Shown here: in pieces, positions 31,547-40,257 of the stretch | Position numbering within the stretch: the stretch's first letter is position 1 | Layout of the letters: every line of letters starts with the position of its first letter | NCBI GenBank assembly: GCA_963665665.1 | Contig: OY762428.1 | Coordinates: 2,272,001-2,336,000, forward strand | Origin: Candidatus Kapaibacterium sp. | GTDB lineage: Bacteria; Bacteroidota; Ignavibacteria; Kapaibacteriales; UBA2268 | DNA length: 64,000 nucleotides | Direction of reading: 5' to 3' | Program-made: the position numbers and the translations under genes | Notes under the pieces: model-generated | The model's input: the letters and a program-made list of their open reading frames with translations, nothing else | Told to the model about the DNA's origin: nothing | Database searches by the model: none

Positions 31547-33496
31547 TCAAATTTCTATTTGTTCAATAAATTTAATAGTAGCTATAGTATGCAGAATCAG
31601 CTTTGTTGTTTTTGAAAACAGATCCTGAGTATATTTCTCTGATTTTATATTCTCAAGAGTTTCTGATATTTTATTCTTATCGAATCGAATAATTCCATCA
31701 TTGCTATATGTATTAATAACTTTTTCAGTCCTGTTCATATCCAGTAAAACGCGATATGAAAGATCCTTTGCCTGCTTGCCGCGTTTGGTATTGCTAAGAA
31801 CTTTTTCGGGCAATTTTCCTTTCATAGCGCTTCTGATGAGATAACGTCCGATACCTTCGTGTTTGAATAATCCAGCAGGTATTTGTTTTGTAAATTCGCT
31901 AACGCGCCTATCGTTTGTGGCATCCCTGGTTTCAATTTTATTTATTAAATTATAATCAATATTACTATTAGATCCTGTATTGGATATATGTTTTTCAAGT
32001 ACTTTCCTGTTTTCGAAATTATTCAATTTATTATTTCTGTATTTAATAGCAGATTTGGCTTTTAACTGGTTCAGATGTTTATCTATTAATTCGAATCTGT
32101 TCAGCGTTTCTTCGCAAAATGGAATCAGGTGATCCCTGCCAAGAGATTCATGTAATTTTTTCGGGAAAAGACCTGAAAGCTTTGTTTTAGTTATTTTGCG
32201 AATACTTCCTAAAGATGTTGTAAACAACGATTTATTTGTATGCCGGGATTCAGACTTCCATTCTGAAAATAATTCTATCAATTTATATTGTCTCAGCAGA
32301 TCATGATAAAGGCCTGCGCCTGTTCTGGAAATTGTTAAATTACCGGCCTGGCCGTTAAGAAGCACATTAACATTATCCCCGGCTGCAAGCTGCAATATCC
32401 GCCAATGCCAGAAGCCGTTTTGAAAGTTAGAAGTGAATAGTTTGTTATATTTCAAGTCAATATCTATCGCGTCAATAGGGTAGAAATCCTTAGCGTTAAC
32501 AAAGTTGTGAGCAATATCATCGGGATACATATCCAGGATGGATTGAACATAAGGGGTTTCATCAGAAATCGACTTGATTTTCGGGCATTTATCAGGGTAA
32601 GCCGGAACAGAAGAATAGGAATATATCTTTTTCCCTTTTTTTCTTAGTTGATCAATTGCCAGTACAGTTGAAGAACTTGAATCCAGGCCTCCGCTCAGGT
32701 TAGAGCCTGTCCTTCCTTTTGTGCTAATTCTTTTAGATACAGCGTCGCTGTATATATCAAGAAAATGTTCAATATAATCATCGTTATTTTTATAATTGAT
32801 CGGAGATAAATTTTCCGGTTTCCACCAGCGTTCTTTTTTTTCTAATCCTGAAGAAGAGAAAATATAATTGTGGAATCTATTAATATTGAAAATATTTGTA
32901 TAAAATGTATCCTCATCGCCGGATTTAACCTGAAATGGCAGCATTCTGCAAATAAGATGTTCATAATTGACTTCGGGAGTAAAATCCGGTAGTTTAAAAA
33001 ATGCTGTTATTGTTGAAGAAAAGTAAATTGCTTTCGATGTTTCATAATAATACAATGGATAAATGCCGCTATGCCCTGATAATATAATTATTTTCCTGTC
33101 CTGTTTGTCCCAAATCAGCGGCATTAAATCACCAAAGATATGATTGTTTGTATCAAATTCCCATTTTTCGAAAGCATGAAGATAAAGACTGATATCGGAC
33201 AATTTATCTATATCTGTTTTTCCGGCAAGGCCCAAAGAATTTATTAGATCATCCCTGTTGTCAATCCTCATTCTCCCGGCGCCGATATACCTCCCGGACG
33301 GAGATTTAACAGGTTGTTCTTCTATCGGATTTTCAGTAAGTATGTCAATGTTCATCTGCACGAGAGCAAAGTTCCCGTCAGTAAAATAGTTATAGCTGTC
33401 GTATTGAACATCATCATAAGCAGATCTCATTTTTTCCAGTATATCAATATCAGCCGGGCTGATATCCTTATTAAAAAAAGCAATTGTGATAGTCAT
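31547..33496 (-). CDS. Lasso peptide cyclase (asparagine-synthetase-like, C protein)
   Basis: LSGGLDSS ATP-binding motif, RIDNRDDL, LNGQAGN, DRRVSEF and RYLIRSAMKGKLP; lacks the N-terminal Cys of AsnB; adjacent to B1/B2. Confidence 0.9.
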   Translation of the reverse strand: MTITIAFFNKDISPADIDILEKMRSAYDDVQYDSYNYFTDGNFALVQMNIDILTENPIEEQPVKSPSGRYIGAGRMRIDNRDDLINSLGLAGKTDIDKLSDISLYLHAFEKWEFDTNNHIFGDLMPLIWDKQDRKIIILSGHSGIYPLYYYETSKAIYFSSTITAFFKLPDFTPEVNYEHLICRMLPFQVKSGDEDTFYTNIFNINRFHNYIFSSSGLEKKERWWKPENLSPINYKNNDDYIEHFLDIYSDAVSKRISTKGRTGSNLSGGLDSSSSTVLAIDQLRKKGKKIYSYSSVPAYPDKCPKIKSISDETPYVQSILDMYPDDIAHNFVNAKDFYPIDAIDIDLKYNKLFTSNFQNGFWHWRILQLAAGDNVNVLLNGQAGNLTISRTGAGLYHDLLRQYKLIELFSEWKSESRHTNKSLFTTSLGSIRKITKTKLSGLFPKKLHESLGRDHLIPFCEETLNRFELIDKHLNQLKAKSAIKYRNNKLNNFENRKVLEKHISNTGSNSNIDYNLINKIETRDATNDRRVSEFTKQIPAGLFKHEGIGRYLIRSAMKGKLPEKVLSNTKRGKQAKDLSYRVLLDMNRTEKVINTYSNDGIIRFDKNKISETLENIKSEKYTQDLFSKTTKLILHTIATIKFIEQIEI

Positions 33497-33501
33497 ATTT
33501 A

Positions 33502-33948
33502 TCAGCTAAAGTATTCTACAACGGTGAATTGCCTCATGCCCTCGCGTCCGGTAACAATTCTGTTGCCGGAGCGGAGCCATGCATGAGCTTTCATTTTTTG
33601 ATCATTATCTTTCGCCACGCCAAAGTAGATGGTTGATTTTATTTTTCTTCTGCCAAGCATCCATTTTACGGTTAATGCTTTGTCATAGCATTTGGATTCC
33701 CAGGGAGATTCACGAAAGGCGCGATTTGCCGCCCTGTTTACTTTCATAATAATATTCTTTTCCTGAGCATTTAATTCCATTTTTTCGCTTTCTTTCCTTT
33801 TCTTTCCAATAAGGAAGGAATAGTATCTCATAGGCAGCAAAAGAATAATTACTCTGGCAAAAGCATCATTTATAAGGGCTTCGATAAATAGTAATTTATC
33901 TTCAAAAAGGAAGCCGTAGAAATTCCTTATTTTCCTAAAAATTTTCAG
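33502..33948 (-). CDS. Lasso peptide leader peptidase (B2, transglutaminase-like)
   Basis: PWESKCYDKAL (catalytic Cys) and AHAWLRSG (His). The frame stays open up to a CTG at 33948, adding a typical B2 N-terminus (KLLFIEAL...ARVIILLLP). Confidence 0.88.
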   Translation of the reverse strand: MKIFRKIRNFYGFLFEDKLLFIEALINDAFARVIILLLPMRYYSFLIGKKRKESEKMELNAQEKNIIMKVNRAANRAFRESPWESKCYDKALTVKWMLGRRKIKSTIYFGVAKDNDQKMKAHAWLRSGNRIVTGREGMRQFTVVEYFS

Positions 33949-34226
33949 GACTTCACATCAATAAGTTTCATTTTTACGAGTTTTTCCAGAAATTCCGTTG
34001 TGTCTTTTTCGCATACTTCCCTGTCGATATTATATTCTTCGAGTAGTTTATTTACCAGGTCGCCAAAGCTTATTTCATTTTCAATTTTTGCCCATATTAC
34101 TGATCCAATCTCGTCGAAACCATAGTATTTGCTGGTTTCTACGCTCATCATTACAGTCTGGTTGTCAATCTCGCTGCTGATAAAATCATCTTTCCTGATG
34201 ATTATTGTATTGCCTGTTATTTCCAT
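33945..34226 (-). CDS. PqqD-family RiPP recognition element (lasso B1)
   Basis: IDNQTVMM...KYYGFDEIGSVIW...LLEEY..DREVCEKD..EFL; 93 aa. Confidence 0.92.
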   Translation of the reverse strand: MEITGNTIIIRKDDFISSEIDNQTVMMSVETSKYYGFDEIGSVIWAKIENEISFGDLVNKLLEEYNIDREVCEKDTTEFLEKLVKMKLIDVKS

Positions 34227-34258
34227 GATATTTATCTATATGTTAATAAATGATAAAA

Positions 34259-34308
34259 TTCTTTACATAAGGAACGAACTCTGATAAGAAAACACGATTT
34301 TCTTTACA
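34259..34308. repeat. Direct repeat, left flank of fic
   Basis: 50 bp identical to 35453-35502; contains the 32-bp unit AACTCTGATAAGAAAACACGATTTTCTTTACA (34277-34308). Confidence 0.95.
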
Positions 34309-34319
34309 AAGAATAAAAA

Positions 34320-35381
34320 CTATCCGATTTTCAATAATTCCATCAATTTTTCATTGACATAATAATTCCCTGTGCCAAGCCGGTGTTTTGTCAGCAGGCC
34401 GTCATTTGCCATCTCGTTTAAATATTTTGCGGCGGTTATTCTTGATACTCCTAGATCTGTTTCAAGGAATTCAATTTTCGTATAAGGATGTTTGAATAAA
34501 TTGTTCAGTAAATCCTGGCTGTAGAATTTATATTTTGAACGTATAATATTTTTATATTCAAATATCAATTCCCGGATATTTTTTATTAATACTATTGTTT
34601 CCAGGGAAGTTTGTTCAACACATTCAAGGATATAAATCAGCCAGTTTTCAAAAATATTGCTTTGCCTGACATCCTGTAACAGATTGTAATAATGTTCTTT
34701 GTTTAATATAATATATCTGCTATGGTACAAGATCGGTAATTTTAATAGGTCTTTCAGAACAAGATATAACACATTCAATATTCTTCCTGTTCTGCCATTT
34801 CCATCATAAAACGGATGAATGCTTTCGAATTGATAATGTATTATTGCCATTTTTACCAAAGGATCCAAATCAGAAATCGAATCGTCATTGATGAAGAGTT
34901 CAAGATTTGACATAAGCTCAAGAATTTCATTCGGATCCTGGGGCGGAGTATAAACTATGTCTCCACTTGTATCATTTTTCAGCACAGTTCCCGGTACTTT
35001 CCTGAAACCGGCAGAATTTTTTTCAAGTTCCTCCTGAATTTCAAGAATGGTATTTCTTGTTATCATCCCGCTTTCAGAAACCAGGGCAAAACCTTTCTTA
35101 AGCGCCGAACCGTAGTTTTGAACTTCTTTTGCGTTAAGGGAATCAAAACCGTCAAGATTCAGTTCGGATTTATACAGGTCATCGTGTGTTGTGATGATAT
35201 TTTCTATTGCCGAACTGTCTTTTGCTTCCTGAAGCCCCAGAGTATTTATTAAAATATTCTCATTGGGAATTGTTGTTGAAATACCTTTCAATTCGGCGAG
35301 CGCTCTGTGAGCAGAAGAAAGTTTTTTGAGAACTTTTACAGTCTCCAGTTCTACTTTATTATATGGTAATTTCTGTATCAT
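34320..35381 (-). CDS. Fic-family protein (class II-like, with C-terminal HTH)
   Basis: HPFYDGNGRTGR Fic motif; SSAIEN inhibitory motif; LGVSRITAAKYL HTH. Start at ATG 35381 (MIQKLP); the track's extension lies inside the repeats. Confidence 0.92.
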   Translation of the reverse strand: MIQKLPYNKVELETVKVLKKLSSAHRALAELKGISTTIPNENILINTLGLQEAKDSSAIENIITTHDDLYKSELNLDGFDSLNAKEVQNYGSALKKGFALVSESGMITRNTILEIQEELEKNSAGFRKVPGTVLKNDTSGDIVYTPPQDPNEILELMSNLELFINDDSISDLDPLVKMAIIHYQFESIHPFYDGNGRTGRILNVLYLVLKDLLKLPILYHSRYIILNKEHYYNLLQDVRQSNIFENWLIYILECVEQTSLETIVLIKNIRELIFEYKNIIRSKYKFYSQDLLNNLFKHPYTKIEFLETDLGVSRITAAKYLNEMANDGLLTKHRLGTGNYYVNEKLMELLKIG

Positions 35382-35388
35382 AATTTCA

Positions 35389-35502
35389 AACTCTGATAAG
35401 AAAACACGATTTTCTTTACAAAGATACAAAACTCTGATAAGAAAACACGATTTTCTTTACATAAGGAACGAACTCTGATAAGAAAACACGATTTTCTTTA
35501 CA
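35389..35502. repeat. Three tandem 32-bp units with 41-bp period, right flank of fic
   Basis: Units at 35389-35420, 35430-35461 and 35471-35502, separated by 9-nt linkers AAGATACAA and TAAGGAACG; internal dyad AAGAAAA-cacga-TTTTCTT. Confidence 0.95.
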
Positions 35503-35505
35503 TAG

Positions 35506-36375
35506 TTAAACCAGAATATCTCCATTTTCAGAAAGGTATCCATATTTTTTCATTATTTCCGAATGGTTTGCGATTATTGATTCAACCATAGCATCGTTCA
35601 GCTGATTTCGCCAGGCGCCCTTTTTGCCTTTGCGGAAGAAGGATTCGGATTTTGGATTCTTTTCCTTAAAGCCGTGCTCTTTTTCCATTTCTTTTAATTT
35701 GTCAAATGTGCTTAGTCCAACTGCTTTTGAAATTTGCCCGTGCGTGTAATCGAAATCTGTAAATTCCAAAGCCCGTGTGAATTCTTTTACAGGATCGTCC
35801 TTCATATCTTCATATCTCAAAATAATAACCGGAATTTTATCCTGCTCAGTCCAGCTTCTGATATGCAGGCTCCATGACAGGAGTTTTTGCCTAAGCTGGT
35901 TATGAAGAGTACCGTCGTTGGTACAAAAAGCGAAATTCTCGTTGTTCATATCCAGGATACTTTTATGAATCGGTTTATTTGAATGATGTGCAAAGGAACA
36001 GGCTACATCAAAAGGATTCCTTATAATATATACAGCTGAATGGCTAATTTCTTCCGGGAACATTGGCCGCCCGTCAGGTAGAAGTGTATAAGCGTCATGC
36101 GTTTTCAGGAATCGTTTGTCTTCTTCAAATTCATCGGCAAGGTGTTTGTATATATCCGGCCTTGCCAGGTCAATCTCATCCATTGTCAGATCGGAAGCGG
36201 CAGTTCCGGCCAGATCGTCAAATGTATCCCGGCTGCTGGAAATAGGGCCTCCAGTCAGGTTATTTATATCTGCCGGTTCAGAATAACCCATTACAAGATT
36301 TGTGAAAAATACTCTGAACCATGTGTTACCTGATTTTGGGTAGGAGGCAAGCCAGATTATTTTTTTATTTTCCAC
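35506..36375 (-). CDS. PAPS-dependent sulfotransferase (lasso cluster)
   Basis: WLASYPKSGNTW, KTHD, RNPFDVACS, RYEDM and FFRKGKKG motifs; overlaps the kinase gene end. Confidence 0.92.
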   Translation of the reverse strand: MENKKIIWLASYPKSGNTWFRVFFTNLVMGYSEPADINNLTGGPISSSRDTFDDLAGTAASDLTMDEIDLARPDIYKHLADEFEEDKRFLKTHDAYTLLPDGRPMFPEEISHSAVYIIRNPFDVACSFAHHSNKPIHKSILDMNNENFAFCTNDGTLHNQLRQKLLSWSLHIRSWTEQDKIPVIILRYEDMKDDPVKEFTRALEFTDFDYTHGQISKAVGLSTFDKLKEMEKEHGFKEKNPKSESFFRKGKKGAWRNQLNDAMVESIIANHSEIMKKYGYLSENGDILV

Positions 36376-37279
36376 TATTAGCCTCCAAATCTTTTAGTAT
36401 TGCGTCAACAATCATTGCAGGATCCGATTTCATCCTAATCCTGTTAAGTTTTCGTATAAAGATATCTTTGGAGTTTGCTATTTGTGTTAAAAAGATAAAA
36501 TGTTTGTCCGGCTGTCCGGTTCTTTGAACAAATCTTTTACGGTATGTTGAATTTCTTAGAAATTTGATTTTCTTAATTGAATCAATTTCTGATATTTCAA
36601 TATCTTCAAAAGGCCCCGGCTTTATAAAATATATTCCCATTACCGGCCTTGATTTTTCAATATCGTGTATTGATATTGGAATTCTGAATTTTTCCTGTTC
36701 TTCTCTTATCTTTTCGATATTTGAATAATCTGTTTTCAGCATTTTCAGGCTGTCATTCCAAAGTTTAATCTCTGAATGTCCGGGAATTATTGATATAATC
36801 CCATCGTCGTCTATAGTTAATAATGAAGTATCGTCACAAAGCAGGCCGTATCCTCTTTTTACAAATTCAGCGGCAATGGTGGATTTTCCGGCGCCTGATT
36901 TCCCTGAGAAAAGTAATGCCCTGCCATCGATTTCCACTGCGCTGGCATGGAGGGCGAATATTCCGCGCTGATGCGCCAGGGCCCCGAGAACTGATCCGAA
37001 AAGGAATACTTTTAACTCGGATTCCGAAGTATCGGGATTAAGGTCAACAGTAATAGTCCTGCCGTCTTCAACAAGGAATCTTCCCACGCTTTCTAAGTTA
37101 AATAGAAATTTGCCCGGGGCTGCGGAATATAAAGGATAGACCTGTGCATTTCCGTTCAATTTTTCAGGTACGTCACCTTTGCGGATTATAACATCGCTTT
37201 CTTTTTCTGTTTCCGGAAGTCCGGAAAACTCGAATTCCGAGTCAAATACAAAACCGTATGCGTAATATTTTTTTCTCAT
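36365..37279 (-). CDS. HPr-kinase-like lasso peptide kinase
   Basis: YYAYG, LHASAV, GKSGAGKST P-loop, LCDD and IKLW: the signature set of paeninodin-type (PadeK-like) kinases. Confidence 0.88.
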   Translation of the reverse strand: MRKKYYAYGFVFDSEFEFSGLPETEKESDVIIRKGDVPEKLNGNAQVYPLYSAAPGKFLFNLESVGRFLVEDGRTITVDLNPDTSESELKVFLFGSVLGALAHQRGIFALHASAVEIDGRALLFSGKSGAGKSTIAAEFVKRGYGLLCDDTSLLTIDDDGIISIIPGHSEIKLWNDSLKMLKTDYSNIEKIREEQEKFRIPISIHDIEKSRPVMGIYFIKPGPFEDIEISEIDSIKKIKFLRNSTYRKRFVQRTGQPDKHFIFLTQIANSKDIFIRKLNRIRMKSDPAMIVDAILKDLEANSGK

Positions 37280-37285
37280 AGTATA

Positions 37286-38308
37286 TTATTTGGTTTTAAT
37301 TTTTAAATAATCAAAAACTATATAAAATGGAATTAAAGGATAATTTAGGTATCTGAATATTCCGGGAAATTTAATTTTTGATATATATGATATAGAATAA
37401 AAAGATCCAAAAAATATTTTCAATTTAAAAAAAATGGATCTTTTCAATTTCATTTTATAAATAATAGAATCAACAATACTATTAAAAGTCTTGATATCAT
37501 AGGGAATCAGTATTCTTTTTACACAGAAATCACTTAATTTTCCATGAAACTCTATATTATCATTCAACTTAATTTTGTGATTATAAATATACGATAAAAG
37601 ATTTAATAAAGGGAAGTAAAGGCGTTCTAAATGATATCTTTCCGCAAGTTTCCCTGCTGCAAAAAACAAATCAGGACGATTCATGTATATAAAATGTATA
37701 TCCCGAAGCCAAAATAGACGATTCCAGAAATGTATTCCTCCATGAATAATCAAAAAAAGAATATTTTCTGTTGATAAGGAGCTATAATCTACATAAATTT
37801 TAGATAGGTCATATTCAGTGTTAACATTTTTGGGAATCCAATTATGTTTAAATAATTTCCAATGAAGTTCAATTAAAATATTGGTTTTTGAACTAACAAA
37901 TTTCATCTGATTATTTCTGCGAAATAATTCATTAAAATTCTCTTTGTTGTAATCACTATAATCCTTATAAATTTTAATATTGTTCTCAGTTAAAACTTGT
38001 ATAGCTTTATTGATATTTTTAAATTCAATCAGGATATCAATATCTCTGCTCATCCTATCCGCCGGATCTGAGTATAGAAGCCCGGTTATTCCCGGCCCTT
38101 TCAGGTTTCTGAATTTAATTCCATTAATTTCAAGAATTTTGGAAATTCGTTTCAATTCAGTATTGATAACAAGCATTTTCCGGGTTTCTATTTTAATCAG
38201 GCTATCTATTTGTGTCAATATTGACTCGCTGAGATACGAACTATATAATTTCAATTTTCTAAGTGCAGGAAGAAGCAGGCGATGCCTTCTGCCAAGCTTT
38301 ACAAACAT
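37286..38308 (-). CDS. Nucleotidyltransferase (NTP_transf_5-like); true start probably upstream
   Basis: LKG, LY..P..R.S.DIDILI, IELHW and RLFWLRDI motifs. The frame stays open upstream (...FLEKGFDWQMFVKLGRRHRL). Confidence 0.85.
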   Translation of the reverse strand: MFVKLGRRHRLLLPALRKLKLYSSYLSESILTQIDSLIKIETRKMLVINTELKRISKILEINGIKFRNLKGPGITGLLYSDPADRMSRDIDILIEFKNINKAIQVLTENNIKIYKDYSDYNKENFNELFRRNNQMKFVSSKTNILIELHWKLFKHNWIPKNVNTEYDLSKIYVDYSSLSTENILFLIIHGGIHFWNRLFWLRDIHFIYMNRPDLFFAAGKLAERYHLERLYFPLLNLLSYIYNHKIKLNDNIEFHGKLSDFCVKRILIPYDIKTFNSIVDSIIYKMKLKRSIFFKLKIFFGSFYSISYISKIKFPGIFRYLNYPLIPFYIVFDYLKIKTK

Positions 38309-38459
38309 CTGCCAGTCGAAACCTTTTTCAAGAAAATTGATAATAATATCTTCACGATAAGCTTCCGGGTGTTTTGTCAGCTCGATTAGTAAGATAAGTT
38401 CCTTATTTGCATCATCTGTAAAAATTTTGATATACCTGTATATTATAGTTATAATATTA

Positions 38460-38497
38460 CAAATATAATAAATACAATGTTACGCATAACAAATATA
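38460..38497 (-). promoter_or_regulatory. Putative -7 promoter elements for the lasso operon
   Basis: TATATTTG on the minus strand at 38460-38467 and 38490-38497. The same TAnnTTTG motif precedes trxA (24526), cysQ (27840), the hydrolase (27919), serS (38609), mnmE (48978) and atpD (63740). Confidence 0.5.
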
Positions 38498-38657
38498 AGA
38501 TTGAGTTTATTCCGAAGTGAAAATTAGCTGATAAATATATTCATTGCCTTCTGTTATACAAAACCGGGCAATTATCAAATATTTCTAAGCTATATCGTGA
38601 AGATTAACTAATTTTGTATAAATATAGTTAATTGTTTTAAATAATATGGTTGTGATA

Positions 38658-39917
38658 ATGCTGGATTTGAAATTCATCAGGGAAAATGCCGAAAAGGTTA
38701 TAACTAATACCCACAATAAGAACGAAAAAGCAGATATTGATACAATTCTTGCCACCGACCTGAAAAGAAGAGAAATTATTCAGGAAGTTGACGAACTGAA
38801 AAACAAACGTAACGTTGTATCAAAAGAAATTGCAATGCTAAAAAAAAATAAAGAAGATGCAACTGAAAAAATTAGTAGTATGAAAGAAGTATCCGAAAGA
38901 ATCAAAGCGTTGGACGAGGAAATGCGCCACGTTGAGGAATACCTGAAGGATAAACTAATGCGTGTTCCAAATATGCTTCATGAATCTGTTCCTGTTGGTA
39001 AAAGTGAAAACGACAATATTGAAATAAGATCGTGGGGCGAGAAAAATGCAGATATTGATACCGACCATATAGAAATAGCAAAAAGGCTTGGCATTATAGA
39101 TTTTGAAAGAGGCGCTAAAGTTACAGGATCAGGATTTGCTTTTTATGTTGGTAAAGGCGCCGCCCTGGAAAGAGCCTTAATAAATTTCATGCTGGATCTG
39201 CATATAAACAAACACGGCTACACAGAAATTATACCTCCCTTTGTTGTAAACAGGGAGTCAATGAACGGTACAGGACAGCTTCCCAAGATGGAAGAGGACA
39301 TGTACCATGCAACAGAAGACGATGTATTTTTAATTCCTACATCCGAAGTTCCGCTGACAAATTTTCATGCCGGGGATATGATTAAACCAGAAGAACTGAC
39401 TAAAAAATTCTGTGCATATTCTCCATGCTTCAGGCGCGAGGCAGGATCGTACGGAAAAGAAGTACACGGGTTCCTGCGAGTACATCAGTTTAATAAAGTA
39501 GAAATGGTGAAATTCACCAAACCCGAGGATTCCTGGAATGAATTAGAAGCTCTTACGAATGATGCTGAAGAAGTACTAAAAGAACTTGGCTTACCGTACA
39601 GGGTGCTTTTACTTTGTTCAGGTGATACCAGTTTTGGAAGCGCAAAAACTTATGACCTTGAAGTATGGACTCCGGGCGAGAAAAAATGGCTTGAAGTATC
39701 AAGCTGTTCCAACTTTGAATCTTTCCAGGCAAGACGGGCAAACATAAGATTCAAACCTGATCCTAAATCAAAACCGGAATTTGTTCATACTCTGAATGGC
39801 AGCGGAGTAGCTACTTCAAGAATAATGGTTGCTATACTTGAGAACAATCTTCAGGAAGACGGCAGGGTGGAAATACCTGATGTGTTGAAAAAATATTGTG
39901 GTTTTGATTTTATATAA
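38658..39917 (+). CDS. serS: Serine--tRNA ligase
   Basis: MLDLKFIREN, GTGQLPK, PTSEVPL, CFRREAGS, EVSSCSN and HTLNGSG motifs. Confidence 0.97.
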   Translation: MLDLKFIRENAEKVITNTHNKNEKADIDTILATDLKRREIIQEVDELKNKRNVVSKEIAMLKKNKEDATEKISSMKEVSERIKALDEEMRHVEEYLKDKLMRVPNMLHESVPVGKSENDNIEIRSWGEKNADIDTDHIEIAKRLGIIDFERGAKVTGSGFAFYVGKGAALERALINFMLDLHINKHGYTEIIPPFVVNRESMNGTGQLPKMEEDMYHATEDDVFLIPTSEVPLTNFHAGDMIKPEELTKKFCAYSPCFRREAGSYGKEVHGFLRVHQFNKVEMVKFTKPEDSWNELEALTNDAEEVLKELGLPYRVLLLCSGDTSFGSAKTYDLEVWTPGEKKWLEVSSCSNFESFQARRANIRFKPDPKSKPEFVHTLNGSGVATSRIMVAILENNLQEDGRVEIPDVLKKYCGFDFI

Positions 39918-40200
39918 TAATATTTAATTATTCTTTATGTTATTATATATAAAGGTGTGGATAAGTTGAAAAATGAAACAAATGCGGTTATAACTCTTAT
40001 ATTTTTCTTTGATTGTTAAATTTAAAATTCTATTTTTAACTGTTGAAAAGAATGTTGATAAAAAGAATTAATTCACAGGGCGGTGTAAAAATAATTGTTG
40101 ATAATGTCAAACAATGATTTTTTCCACAATTTTTAAAAATATGTTTTTGGATTATCCACATGAATAAAAACTGCATGTTGAAAAGAAAAAGATAAGTTCG
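39918..40200. other. Putative replication origin (oriC): DnaA-box cluster with AT-rich flank
   Basis: TGTGGATAA 39956-39964, TTTTCCACA 40120-40128 and TTATCCACA 40152-40160. Near-consensus boxes at 40041, 40053, 40069, 40096 and 40176. Very AT-rich at 39911-39953. Confidence 0.7.
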
Positions 40201-40257
40201 GATGGAAATTATAACCATTAAAGAATAAAGAATTTAAAAAATTGAAACGGAATAGAA

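Noticed and set aside
31547-33496. Asparagine synthetase asnB
   Set aside because: It lacks the N-terminal catalytic Cys and sits with B1, B2 and a precursor, so it is a lasso cyclase.
35382-35429. N-terminal extension of Fic (MYLCKENRVFLSEFEI)
   Set aside because: It is a translation of the repeat unit from a TTG; the ATG at 35381 is more plausible.
35389-35502. CRISPR array (32-bp repeats with an internal hairpin)
   Set aside because: The linkers are only 9 nt, one linker recurs at the other flank, and there are no cas genes in the window.
39911-39955. DnaA-trio array next to the first DnaA box
   Set aside because: The sequence is too AT-rich for NAN runs to be meaningful; it is recorded only as a possible unwinding element.
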